Shown here: piece after piece, positions 36,401-49,400 of the stretch
Numbering within the stretch: position 1 is the first letter of the stretch
Layout: each line of letters starts with the position of its first letter
Source: Paraphysomonas bandaiensis
Taxonomy: Eukaryota; Protista; Chrysophyceae
Assembly: GCA_965644295.1 (NCBI GenBank)
Contig: CBFFRP010000369.1
Span: 1 to 64,000, forward strand
DNA: 64,000 bases
Direction: 5' to 3'
The notes under the pieces: model-generated
Told to the model about the DNA's origin: nothing
Database searches by the model: none
What the model saw: the letters and a program-made list of their open reading frames with translations, nothing else
Program-made: the position numbers and the translations under genes

Positions 36401-38405
36401 ACGTTGAAAACAGAAAAGAAGGACTTAAAGGTTTTGTGATCCCCTAAATCCTTTTGAGTGGGGTTGAATGTCATTTCATCTTGGTCAGCACTGCATAGTC
36501 CCAGAACTATAATGCCCCATTCCATGTATATAGCTTCACATAGCCTGTCAAAACTATATGATATTGCTTTAAGGAAGTCACTGTCGAGTGGTACATAGTA
36601 AAACTCCATACGGGCTCCATGCAAGTACTCGCCATACCACGGGTCCAATTTATTCTCAACAACAGCGGACACTGCACCAAAGCTATGAAAAATGTTTTCC
36701 ACAAATGTTGAAAAACCAGGACAAATCGAGTTTCTAGCCTGGAGGGTAGTTTTGAACTCATCCAGACATAGGATGACGTCAATATCACTATCCTTAAGGA
36801 TGGTACGATCCTCTGGTCGCAGCACCTGTACAAGACAGTCTAGATCGGGATTGAAATTTGACACAGATAGTGCTCTCATAACAGTGGCCGCATCTTCTGT
36901 TCCCGCCGCTGAGGCTGACACCTCGGTATTGCACAAAAAAAACATTCCTGCTGCCACATCTGCTCTCACTTTCTTAAGATCTTCAACGGAGAGGGCAGAC
37001 CCGATCACATATGTGACGCGAGAATCCAACATCGGACTAAGAATAAGGTTGCGAACATCTTCATTTGGCTCCACGGGACACAATACAACAGCATGGAACT
37101 CCGGGGACGAGGAAAATGCTCTATCTGGATGAAAGAACTCCTTGAAAAACTGCTCTAATTTGGACTTGTCATTAACATGGCCACAGAGAATGACATGGCT
37201 CTCTTGGGGATGGGCCTTGTACGGATTGCGATAAGGCGATCGCATCGATAAAAGAACCTGTAATTTGTTGACCTGCATCGGAATGACCACTAGAGAGGCT
37301 ACTATGAACAGAAGCACCACAGATCTTGAGTACCTACACAGAAGTATATCAGAGATATCAGAAGAAACCGCAGCACAGAGTTCTCACGTTGTAGTTGGAG
37401 CAATGTCGCCATAACCCACAGTAGAAACAGTAACGATTATGAAGTAGAATGCATCGAAATATGTCAATCGAATACAGCGGATACTTGAGGGTTTGTATTG
37501 GTCATCTCCACGCTGTATAATGCAGCCGATTAGAATACCAGAAAGATCCAAAAGTGAAACTACCTGGTAATAACCTTCACAATTGTTCTCCTTGCAGTCA
37601 CAAGAATCATCTGCCGGAGAGCTAGGAGAACATGAGGGGCGCCAATCAGTTCGCGAGTTGATGTACTGACAGTCGAACTGATACTGCTCAATGTCGTTTT
37701 CCATGAGCTGAACCAAGCCTGCATAGAAAGATTAGGCGAAACACTACTTGCTAGACGAGTTTCACCAGCTGCAAGAAATGTCATACTCAGTAAGGTAAGT
37801 GTTAACGATAACAACTGCCTCTTCACACCACTCATGTTCCGTAAAGCCTTAAACGTTCTGAATATTCTTGCCAATCGCAGAATCCTAACAAAACGTAGAA
37901 ACCCTAAATTGGTAGCTTTGTTACCAGTGGCTATCGTTAAGTATACAGGCAAAATAGTCACAATATCAACTATTGTCATAGACTGTCTAAAATAAGAAAG
38001 TGTTCCGTCCAAATAAAAATTTAACGAAAAATCCACCATAAAGAATTGTGTGATGATCATTTCCGATAACAGGAAGGTCGAAGCTCCTCTGTAGCTGGAG
38101 ATGTAGGTGTCCGCCACATAGACAATACATGCCAACACCGACAATGCGATTTGAAGGATATCCCACACGGCCCCTGCCCATGAATTCGCTTTGGTTATAG
38201 CGATTTTCTTCCTGAGCGGGTAATGCTCTGGAAGACCGGGAAAGAGTATTCGTGAAAGGGAAAAATCATCCGACTGCATGCTGCTGACATGGTCTGCTGC
38301 CTTCTTGTTCTTCTTCTCTATTTTGCTAATAGAGGGAAGTCCCCGGGGATTATCATGAGAGAAAGAGTCGCGACTAGAGAACTGTCTGGACAGACCCCTA
38401 TTCAT
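33446..38405 (-). CDS. Slo/BK-family potassium channel alpha subunit (multi-exon)
   Basis: S4 LRFVRILRLARIFR; pore FYFIIVTVSTVGYGDIAP; RCK1 HVILCG...GSALSVEDLKKVRA...CPGFSTFVENI; RCK2 DHIIVFG...GSL...RANVENA; LPVFASARAYVPS; terminal DRVFLYG. Confidence 0.92.
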
Positions 38406-39103
38406 AGTTGCTACACTGGATGTCGCCTATCTGATAATCTCTGCAAATCGAGAGCATATACAATGCTACAAACGCATATAAATCTAACGCCTACACTACT
38501 ATCGTACCTTATACTATAGGGGCGAGGATATTATATTAATGTAACGATAGGGAGGGACGTCAATGTATACACACACACACACACACACTGGTAGATCAGT
38601 GCCCTACAGAGCTACCTGTACAACACCGTACAGAGCTGAAGAGGTATGCCTGGTATGCGTATGATGGCACATCCCTGTATACAGCTACACTACACAGTAT
38701 GCTATGGAGAGGGATTGGTACCAGTACACATACCTGCTGCTGCTGTATACATAGATTCGTACAATGAAACTGACCACTGATACTGCTGCTGGTGCAGTAT
38801 TTCTGTGATAACGACGGACTCTGATTGGCTAATAAAATACAATTTTCTATTCCCCAAAGTCCAGCAGGGTATTAAATATCCAGATATTTTGATCTAGAAC
38901 TTGGAAGAAATTCAGTGTATGAAGTACAGCAGTACACACCATGTACAGAGTATGCAGTACTGATGTATGCATGTCCTACTGTGCTGTATGCCATATATTT
39001 TAGACGGGAGAATGGACGGGAGGTGGATCTGCCTCATGCATGGAAAGCAAGAACGAGATAAAGCGGCACATCACACTAATCTGACTCCACTCTCTTGAGC
39101 GCT

Positions 39104-39867
39104 ATGGCTCCTTCTAAAGCAAAGCGTCCTATTGCTGTTCGTCTAAGAGGAGTAGGTAAAGTTAAATCACCAGGACCGAGCAGACTCCTCACTTCTATTG
39201 ATGATCAAATAGCGGCTCTCGAAAATGAGATTAATGATATAACTAGTGACTCCGGCGATGAGGATTCGGATGAAAGCTCTGATAGTGACTCGGAAGGCAG
39301 TGTACATGAGGAAGAAGATTTAGTCGAGGTTCGTGATAGTGACGGTAATATAGTGTCCATCAAGTCTAAATTAAACGGTAATTCTTATCGTGTGTTGTTA
39401 TTGTTTGACGATGATTTATAGATGAAAAAATTAACCCCTTACCCAAGGAGTACTTACCTGATCCTAAGTGCGGAATTCCAAAAGCGGTAAAGGGACCACA
39501 GAAACCAAAGCAGCCACGTAAGACTAAATCTAATGACAGAACTGTGTTGGGTGCTGCAGACGGACTACAGAAAACTGTGGACGAACTCTTACGCAATTAT
39601 ACTCCATCGTCTGCTGAACGGCGGCCTTTTTGGTGCCGGATATGTAGGTATCAGGGGTGTAGTGAAGAAGACCTTATGAATCACCGGCAGTCGGAATTAC
39701 ATACCCTGGCATCAGAGCGAGAGCGGAAGCTGAGTACATGCAAGCTTTGTCGAAAGCAATTCACATCTCCTGAGCAGTTAAAGGAACACTTGAAGGGTAA
39801 AGCCCATATTGAGCGTCTTAGTCGCATGAATCAGAAGCAACAGAAGTCTAAAGACTTTCACCGATAG
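39104..39867 (+). CDS. Small protein with an acidic N-terminal region and two matrin/U1-type C2H2 zinc fingers (one intron, about 39378-39421)
   Basis: CRICRYQG...HRQSELH and CKLCRKQFTSPEQLKEHLKGKAH. Confidence 0.8.
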
Positions 39868-40348
39868 GGACCTGTATTCGTGATATTATTGTATAGTGCT
39901 GTGACCACTGTTTATTTTATTTCAAACTTAAAAATATGTAATGATGATAGCTTTAAGCCGCTAGCATTCCGTTCTATAAACGCCCTAGCGGCATAATCCT
40001 ATGGTCGTCTACTATACAACCGTAATACAACCTTAGATTACTTTGATGGTCGCGGAGCTAAAAATCGACAAACGTACTCCTAAATATCTCAACTCATTGA
40101 TGAGATACTTTGTAGTATAGTGATATTTCCAGGGCTACTATGACTGCCCAATTACAATTCATTTTTGTGACCTTGTACTCAGCATTGCTTCTGCTACAAC
40201 TGTACAGCTGTAACTTAAGTATTTGTTACGTTTTACATTACTGTTCCAAATATCCATCACAACTGATACAACCAGATAGAATGCACATATATATTATTAC
40301 AAATATAATCACATCAGTTAATATGAATAAATAAACTATTGATACAAA

Positions 40349-41620
40349 TCAAAGTACAAAACAGCACTTCTCACTCTTAGTGGTCTCGACATTGCACTCC
40401 GTGTGTCGCTCGGTGCATACCAACATCTCAAAATCCCGAAGAAATTTCTGCACCTGAAGTCGACCATCTGACCCAATACAAAGAAAATTGTCTGCTTCAT
40501 TTAGGGCTTTGTCAATTGCTCTGTTTATTATTTCTATGTCACGGCTATCGGCTCCAATGATATGAATTTCCCTGGCACCAACATAAACACGCTTACATAC
40601 TGCATCAACTGCAAGAGCAGCAGCCTGTAATGCAGCACTTTCGTTATCCAAAAGAGAGGCTAAGTAAAGCACCGGAAGTGCTAGATGCTCGAGAGCCTGC
40701 TCTGAGGCTATATGCATAGCAGAAGCATAGTAGCCCTCAATGGAATTGACATTTCCGTCATGCAACGGTACCTGGATATGTATCGTTCCGCCATAACATC
40801 CGGCAGAGAAGCATGCATTTACAATATCATTAGGGTTACAGTCACTTCTATCCAAGCCGTCAACATATTCCACCTGCACAATAGCACCTCTGGGCCCACC
40901 GTTAAAACAATGCATATCTCCAAGTGAAATGCACAAAATGGCACCGTGCGAAAGCTGTAAACGGCGAGTGACAGTTATACCCTTGGCTTCTACACAATGA
41001 GCAGCACTGCTATACCCTTGTAACTCTATTGCCGGGAACAGCAAAGTGCACACACCCGCTTCCGATGCAATGCGAATGTTTCGCGGATCATCGTCAACTA
41101 ATAACACATTGGACAACGACAACTTCTGTTTGTGAAGTTTATATATACACTCCATCGCTGATCCAATGTGACCCTGCTTTCCATACTCGGAAAATCCCTT
41201 TGGAGTTTTCCATGACCCATCCTCGCACCGAATAATAATTTTCCCAGCGATCTCATTTCCACCTAGCACAATAGCCAAAACCTTACGAATAAGTTCAGTC
41301 TGTCCGCTAAACGTAACCACTGCTACGTGCATGTCCTGAATTTTAACAGCCTCTTGTAGCATCGCGGTGAATACAGGACGAACATGGGCCGCTAGGGTGT
41401 CAGCAGAGCCTGTCCATCGCCCGCCAGTGTGGATCTGCACTATAGTTGCATCGAAATCAATCGCCAGCAACCTTATCCCGCCCACAGAGGCGGCTAATGA
41501 AAGAATTCGTGCAACATGGTTGTGCAATTGGCCGTTATCGCAGCTCATGGTGACAAAGCTATAGGCTGCACCAATGCAGTTTCTCCTGTGCAGTATCTTC
41601 ATGCAACTCCAGGCAGACAT
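40349..41620 (-). CDS. HAD-superfamily phosphatase + degenerate macro domain + C-terminal CaaX
   Basis: HAD motifs I-IV: AIDFDAT, VVTFS, GKQGH, LVDDDPRN. Macro-like blocks ISLGD, GAIV, IHIQVP, YYASAMHIASEQALEHLALP. Ends KCCFVL*. Confidence 0.75.
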   Translation of the reverse strand: MSAWSCMKILHRRNCIGAAYSFVTMSCDNGQLHNHVARILSLAASVGGIRLLAIDFDATIVQIHTGGRWTGSADTLAAHVRPVFTAMLQEAVKIQDMHVAVVTFSGQTELIRKVLAIVLGGNEIAGKIIIRCEDGSWKTPKGFSEYGKQGHIGSAMECIYKLHKQKLSLSNVLLVDDDPRNIRIASEAGVCTLLFPAIELQGYSSAAHCVEAKGITVTRRLQLSHGAILCISLGDMHCFNGGPRGAIVQVEYVDGLDRSDCNPNDIVNACFSAGCYGGTIHIQVPLHDGNVNSIEGYYASAMHIASEQALEHLALPVLYLASLLDNESAALQAAALAVDAVCKRVYVGAREIHIIGADSRDIEIINRAIDKALNEADNFLCIGSDGRLQVQKFLRDFEMLVCTERHTECNVETTKSEKCCFVL

Positions 41621-41787
41621 ACACGCACAACACGGATATACATATATACAGCAGACTGCTGTCGGTATACATCTTGCAATCTACGGTCTATACGCAGCTG
41701 TACTCTGCTCTGTACGGTACGTCTACTCCCATATACAGCCAGCACACGGGGGTCAGCTGTGTCTCGTATCACATACACATCTCATCA

Positions 41788-42119
41788 CTATCTCGATATC
41801 AACCGCCACAGCTCAACAAATGCTGCAATCTGTGAATCCTGTCCATCTATCTTCTTGAGAGGTACAACTGTAACTGTTTCTACGGACTTGATAATCGGAT
41901 GAAGAGGATATACATACTCCCCTTCTACTGACTGCAGTTGTACTGCTGTGAGGTCGGCTTCCGTGTAATCTCTCTCCACGTTACCCTCTTGTGACCCTTG
42001 CGATGTAACTCTTATTCCACCACCAACTATTTGACTTGATTATCCCACCTAAAGGAGATGTTCTTGGATATAGCAGGGGCCGGAGCTTCTCCTTCATTTC
42101 CTTCACTAGTTGACATCAT
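41788..42119 (-). CDS. Small spliced ORF, or upstream exons of the HAD gene
   Basis: MMSTSEGNEGEAPAPAISKNISF, then a probable intron, then VTSQGSQEGNVERDYTEADL... Protein-like composition, no recognisable domain. Confidence 0.4.
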
Positions 42120-43113
42120 GCAGCGCCACGAGCATATACACTGGTACTTGTCATGCTGCTTCAACGCTTAAATGTATGTCTGATTGTTTACGGCTAGTGA
42201 ATTGCGTCCGTCATCACGTTAACTCTATGCCAATAATTTTATTTGTTGCGAACATTACAATACTTTGAACTATGGATTTAAGTACCTCATATCTAATACA
42301 TTGGTATCACGTAGCTGTTATATATATTCATTATATATACAACTAATAAACGTTAACTTTATAAATATTAAATCCATTAGCCACAATTCTACTGAACTTG
42401 TGGTAGGGAAGTGGACATCAGGAAGCTACGAGAATGGCAAAATTCATTTGAAACAGAGTTAAAAGTAAACCCAATTCCTTGATTTCAAAGGTAGTGGGCA
42501 TGTGCAGATTGTCTTAGGTAACACTTATTGGAAGGTCATTATTACAGATTACAGCTACTTGGGTAAATCTTTAATGGTAATTATCGAATTGAGATAGCAG
42601 GAGACTTTTGTACAAATTCTGCGGATACAAATTGTAAGCACATGTTTAATAACATTTTAGTTTTATGATTTAGAATATGGTAGTCTCGTAGTACCACTAT
42701 ATTTTTTAAAGTTTCATTAGGTGATCGATCCTTTCTATATATGTCTATCTGGGCGCAAAATTTTCCAATGATAAAAACTGTCGGCTTAAGAATCAGTTCT
42801 TGAAATTTGCTTACATCTATAAGTAATTTGTACTCATCTCTACACTTATTATTATTCAATGTGAGATATATCTGAATAGACAATGACAGCTGACGACATT
42901 AATGTTCTTGTTGTTTGTTGCACGAAGATAAAAGTGAAGGCATCAACACGGACCATCGACATCTGTAGTTCAAAGTAAACATACATTTTAAGTCCTTTAC
43001 ATGTTATAGAATGATGAGATCAAAGTCAGCACAAGGCTGGAAGTAGAGTAGTATTAAGATAAATACAGACTATAAATTAGTGTACTACAAAACAGACCAC
43101 TGCTAGCTGCTAG

Positions 43114-44148
43114 CTACCACCAAGTTTTCCTCGCTGGGACAGGTGGGTTTGGGGGTGCCTCATCACCACTAAATGGCTTGATGTGAAAGTACGCGATATT
43201 GCAATAATTCATATATTCTCCGTAATTGGTTGTAAAATTAAGTCCAAGCGTAGATTGAATGTGCAAAGCTATTTTGTAGTCTTCTCTAGATTCGTCTGTC
43301 ATAAGAAGTGGCCGGGATATGTATTCAAGATTTGTATAATTCCCGTATAATTCGCAGTGTTGGCGCCTCCTGTGGTGGTCAGAGAGAACATTGCTACCAA
43401 ATACTACTGGTGGGATCTCATGATACGTTTCCAAGTTCCGCTTCAGCCATGCAGCCTTCGGATCATCTGCACGCTCAAGCGTCGATTTGACAGAGTTCGC
43501 ATGCTCTTGACGTGTCAAACCTCCTTGCTGGGGATAATTATCTTCCAGTATCATGTGCTGGAATCCTTGTTTTTGTAAGTATGTCACACGGGCGTAGGAC
43601 ATTTGGTGGTCGTCTTCATACACAAGGGTTGTAGCCGGATTGACTCCAGGATAGTTGACCCAATCAATATCCTGAATATCCTTAAATTTCTTACCTGTGA
43701 GATATTCATTGTTAGTATTATCTATCCATCGAACTGGTTGACCACAGATAGGGTGATCAAGAGGGTCTATAGAGATAATTTTTGCGCTTGGAGCAGCCGA
43801 GCGAAAGAAATATGTTGAGACACCAGAATTAACGCCCGATTCAATTACTGTTTCTGGTTTGATATGCTTGGTGACCATATATATAGCAAACGCATGATTG
43901 ATACGAATACCACACTTGTTATTTTTATCTGGTCGATTATTATAGAGCTCAAGAAATTCGTCTAAATGTTCCAAGAAATACTCACGAGAGTTGTCAATGA
44001 AGTTGTGTCCCAGCTGCATCAGTTTGCTTCCCAGTTCGGAAGATGGTACTCCAAACTGAAAGTCTCGTCGTATGTATTTAGCTCTACTCAAACAGATAAG
44101 CGTACAAAACAATAGAGCCCTAGCGATGTAGACTGCCTTTAATGTCAT
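43114..44148 (-). CDS. Secreted/Golgi class I SAM-methyltransferase-like protein
   Basis: Signal peptide from ATG 44148; IKPETVIESGVNSGVSTYFFRSAAPSAKIISIDP (motif I region); LVYEDDH; ILEDNY. Confidence 0.7.
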   Translation of the reverse strand: MTLKAVYIARALLFCTLICLSRAKYIRRDFQFGVPSSELGSKLMQLGHNFIDNSREYFLEHLDEFLELYNNRPDKNNKCGIRINHAFAIYMVTKHIKPETVIESGVNSGVSTYFFRSAAPSAKIISIDPLDHPICGQPVRWIDNTNNEYLTGKKFKDIQDIDWVNYPGVNPATTLVYEDDHQMSYARVTYLQKQGFQHMILEDNYPQQGGLTRQEHANSVKSTLERADDPKAAWLKRNLETYHEIPPVVFGSNVLSDHHRRRQHCELYGNYTNLEYISRPLLMTDESREDYKIALHIQSTLGLNFTTNYGEYMNYCNIAYFHIKPFSGDEAPPNPPVPARKTWW

Positions 44149-45808
44149 ATTGTGATTAGGATGGCGCAGATGACAATATAATGACAGTGATAGTAGGACG
44201 GTCAACGGTGTGTAGATTATAGTAGTATAGTGAGGAGTGGGTAGTGAAGTGGGTGAAGACGAGGATCACTGAACAACTGCTATATCAGGATGAGTGCATA
44301 ACATCTACATACATACATACATATATATGTACAGTGTATATGTACTACGTGGTGGTACATATAATACCGGCTCACCCTACACATATGTATACCGGTATAC
44401 TGTACCGTATAGCGAATGATGTCGTACTCATACCCTGTCCAGTATACGGTATATACGGTATCTACAGTATACTATACTTAGAGACACGACGTGGACCACA
44501 TCAGTTGGAATGTGTGCTATATTATATCAAGGAGCACCTCCTTCATTGTGAGAGTGGTCCACAAACAGTAAGGGAAGCTCTCACCCTTTCAGTTCTAACA
44601 CTTTCACACCTTCAAGCGAGGCTGTGGTTTATTGTGGTGCATGTTATTTGTAGGTGCCCTATTCCGAGATCACGCCCTAGTAAAATGATAGTGTTGATTA
44701 AACTAAGCAACGTATAGATTTTATTAAACTCCTGGCGCATTCTTTGTGTGCTTGTGTGTGGCACCAGACAAGCGTCAGCTAGATCTACACTGTACTTGCA
44801 TAGTCGTACATGATTACGAGAAATCCTACGCATTCTAAGGAAGGAGGGGTCTCAGCTAATGCCAGCTTGGCCTATACTGAGTCATACATGGTCACGAAAA
44901 CTCCGCGTAATCTTTTGGGAAGGTGAACATGGCATTGCTAGAATATGCGCGAATTACATACATAGGTGAAGACGAACACGGGATAAGGCAGTAGGGTGGC
45001 TCGCACAGTATCCGTGCGCGAACTATATGGTAAGTCAAGCTGTTGAATAGGTGGACGGGTGTGTGAATACGTAGAATCAGCGCAATTTCTTGGTGTTATA
45101 TGTGGTATACCAGCGAGTCATCACTATGGCCACACTGTCGGAATGGGGCAGCGTGCATATATTTGTTGTTGTTGACGTGAAAGCTCAGCTCGTTGTGTTT
45201 GTTACGTTTTTTGAACGTTACATGAGCACAATCACTGTGGTGTGGTACAGAAATATTTTACTCTGACCTTCCCATGTTCTGATATATCATCGTTGTTTTG
45301 GTTGTGCTCGGTGTTAAAAAGGCTTACTTTATCACTCTTGTACGAATATTAGTGTGCACTATTGCGACATCCATTTCTGGAAGGCAAGCGAGGCATGATA
45401 CGCCAATGGCTGAGGTAGGTTGTACAATTTATATGTTGTTTTGATTTTTTTCTAGCATATACTGCAGTCGAAGAGATAATTTGTAATATATTTCCCATGT
45501 GATTGGGACTCCTCTCCACACCACCTACCTGCGTATACTGCTTGTATCGAGTCAAATTAGCCTGTCATCTCTGGAATGAAGTTCTTCGTTAAGTGTTATT
45601 GTCAAAGATATGTCGTGTCGCATTGCCATTGAAATCGTCAACAAAACTGAAGCTGGTAATTCACCTACTGTCAACTATGTACACCCATTTGACACAAGAT
45701 CGACATATAAATATTAATTTTCATATATATAACTGAAGATGCCGTATCAATGTAGATATACCCAAATTAAGTCAAGTACTTTGTAATGTAGTATGTAAGG
45801 CCCTCGTG

Positions 45809-45961
45809 TTTTTAGTGAATGTTTTTAGTGAATGTCTGATTATTAGCAATAGGCGTGTAAGACTAGCAAAATAATTTAACTAACCAGTGCTTAACTCTGA
45901 TATCCTACAATTTGGCGCTGCTGATTGTGTGTCACCGCAAGCACCAAGGTGCAACCACTTT
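45809..45961 (-). mobile_element. Short copy of LINE-related 3' element (copy D) with a duplicated 13-nt tail
   Basis: Reverse strand reads AAAGTGGTTGCACCTTGGTGCTTGCGG...ATCAGA(CATTCACTAAAAA)x2. Confidence 0.85.
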
Positions 45962-46438
45962 CATTACTTCTCGGCTTCATGATACTTCACTTCAGGGCCT
46001 GGTAACCATTAATGGTAATGCCATTATAATTGCCGGGACATTTTTAATTAATGCCATTAATCTACTTTTGTTGAGAGGCTCTTTAGTCGTGCAGCGTTGA
46101 TTATGACACCTGAGCGTAGAATCATGAATCCATATCGACTAGAATCGGTGCTATTCCTACGAGCCAATTACATGTTGTGGGATGTTTATACCCTCCATAA
46201 AGCCCTGCAAGAAGATCCTGATGTGTCAGTAGAGAGCGAGAAGTAGTTAAAATTTGTAGTCTGCTATTTAACTAAAAATTAGCAATTAAGGGAGCACAAC
46301 AGTATCTATTATATGAGTGGTGCTATCTACTTTAAGTTAGTAGGTACTAATGGCCATTAATGCGCCATTATAATTGCCGGGACATTTTTCATTAATGCCA
46401 TTATAATTGACGGGAGCTGGACTACCATTAATGGGCCA

Positions 46439-49400
46439 TGTTAGCTTTGGACATTTCACTGAAGTTAACTTTGCTCTACGCGTAAACCGTAACCTTGCTG
46501 TTGAACACAATGCACTTTCAAGTAAGAAATTATAATTATTATTCTGAACACTTCACTACATATTCGTGTAACATATGTTGAAACATCTGTTCCCAGCAAC
46601 ACCTGTTTATCATATGTTCATCAGTCAGTTCTATATCTTGTATAGTCACACATCAGTAACTGAATTTAATTCCTTTGTAACTATAATCACCCGTTACACC
46701 TATGAGTTGACTTTACCTATTGCACACTGTTAACTCACTTCAATTGCACAATATATATCACATCATATTGCAGAACTCAACACTCCCACTCAATTGGATG
46801 TAGTTAACCATTCTAAAATATGTGAAGAACATTGCTATCGGATACGCAACCACCGAACCTCATAGGACACTGGTGGACGTATGACTCCGCTGGTATAGCT
46901 AGCTCCCACCATTCAGTAACACCTAACTAGGTACGACGAGCTCTCTTTACCTTGGGTACCTCTGCGATAATTTGTTCAGTAGTCTTAAATTTTTCCCCAA
47001 GATTTCGCTCCCTCTGTTCAATGAATATTGGACCTCTCAAAGCCTTGGTATATATATCAGCCATCTGTTGTCGACTGCTCACATGAATTAATTTCGCTGT
47101 ATTAAACTGTTCGGGATCCACATGCTCTCTAATCATATGATACTTAATCTCAATATGTTTCGATCGTTGATGTTGCACTGGATTTTCCGATATATCCTGA
47201 GCACTTTGACTATCCAGGAATAATGGTGTGGGCTCGTCAATTTTCAATCCTACTTCACCAGTCACCCCCCGAGACCATATCATTTCCTGTAATCCATTAT
47301 ATAAGCATTGATACTCTGCTTGCATAGTCGATGTAGCTACAGTAGACTGAAGTTTGGAACCCCACGATAGTGGTCCACCAGCTCCAAACATAACATAACC
47401 TGAAGTTGATCTCCTCGTCAACGGATCGCCTGCCCAGTCAGCATCAGTGAACATATGAAGATCAAAATCTCTCCCTCTATAATGAATGCCTTTATCTGTA
47501 GTACCTCGTACATACTGCATTAAATACATCAGGAGCTTACATACAGTGATATTAACTTTCGTTGAGAATCGTGACAATACTCCCACTGCATATGAGATAT
47601 CCGGCCTTGTATTCATAGATAAATAGAGTAACGCTCCTAGGAGTGGACGATAGGGAAAATTATCAACTAACTTCTGCTCCTCAGCTGAATGCACATGTTC
47701 CACTCCCACTTTGACATCACTAGGTAGTGGGTATAGCCGCGTCTTGTCCCTTGCACCCAGAAAATCCACATACTTCACCAATATCTTTTTGATGAACACT
47801 GTCTGGTCAAGTTTGAGACAATTCGGAGTTCTCGTCACTCTCACGTTCAAAAAAACTGGCCACTCTCATTCATATCTGTAATATCAAACCTTTCACATAC
47901 TCGTCGCTTAATTTCCAAAATAATATTCGTATCTCGACATGCTCTCAGCATATTATCATCATGACTGTGGTGAGCTTCGAAGACCATATAAACTTTTCTT
48001 CAGTTTAAAGCAATATCCTGGTGGCAATTTGAAATCTGCTGGTGTTGCATACTTATACACACATCTCCTTTTATATCTGCATATACAAGAATGCATTAGA
48101 TACGTCGAGTTGATGCACCACCATATTCATAACAAACGCGATAGCTAATAGCAATCTTACTGTTACCGCTTTTACCACTGGAGTATAATTGTTGGCTCTA
48201 CCAACCTCATGGCCTCCGCATCCAAGTACCACAAGTCTTGCTTTCTATCGTGGAATCGCACCCTCCTTGTTGCGTTTCAAAGCAAAGACATACTCAGGAT
48301 TCCAATTGCAGTGACACTGGGGTAGGGATGATGGGCTTAACTTCCATTACTTCCCTTCGTTCCAGTCTGTCACGCTCAGCCTGTCTTGCTGTCAATGGAG
48401 TGACACTGGGGTAGGTATGGGCTTAACTTCCATTACTTCCCTTCGTTCCAGTTCGTCACATTCAGCCTGGCTGAACTCCATTGCTTCCGTTCCGGCAACT
48501 CCAAGGATTCGGAATATGTCTGAGGCACCTTAGGTCCCGCTGACGAGCACCAGATGGAATCTGCCTCCTCTAGTAGGCTGCACTCCACTTCGTCACACGA
48601 AGGTAATACGTGCTTCTCCCCTACTACTGACACATTCGTCACCACCCTTGGAGCCCTTGTGCGCCTGCCCCTAGTTGAGCGATCTGATGGAGCTTCCTCT
48701 CCCGGAGCACTTACGAAGTCAGAAGGGGATGGAACCGTCCCAGTCAACTGCTGTAATAAATGTCCGCTGGTCCCGTCGTCACGAGATCCAGAACTAGCAG
48801 ATACTCTTGTCACAAGGTCTTCACTCATCCGCGATGATGTGAATAGGAGTCTTAACTTCCAGTTGCTCCTCACCACCTGACATCAGGGATCTATATCCCA
48901 CAGTTAGACCTCTTTCCGAATCTATATTCGCGTGGTCTTGTTGTACAGTTGGCCGCCATCTTCACATGGGTTTTGTCGATAACACTCCTCCCTGAGGAAC
49001 CACTGCCACCGTGGCTTAGTCCATTTCTCGGTAGTAATCAGCCGATCTCTAGGGCACTGATACATCAAACAGGACATGAACAGACGTGACTATTGTATCT
49101 CCTACTATCAACACTTGATACCCCATCTGCTCGTTGGGAAACCCACAAAATATCCTGTTTGTGCCTTTTCCTCCCAGTCTTTCCGTCTATCGGCCTTCGG
49201 GACTAATACATACGCCTTGCACCCCCATTTCCTCTCAACCAGGATAACTCGGGCACCTTTCCTCCCAGGAATACACTCATAAGGCAACATCCACTAACTT
49301 TACTGTCCTCCTTGGCATTTTCCTCCATTACATGATGGCATGATGACGTAATAATAGGCTAATTCAAAACGTCATAATATTATATAGTGCCTCCCATGGC

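Noticed and set aside
44500-45700. Possible decayed retroelement or pseudogene (similarly 7150-7620, 8700-9100, 23880-24197, 42581-42883)
   Set aside because: Coding-like composition but no motif I can assign; needs a translated homology search.
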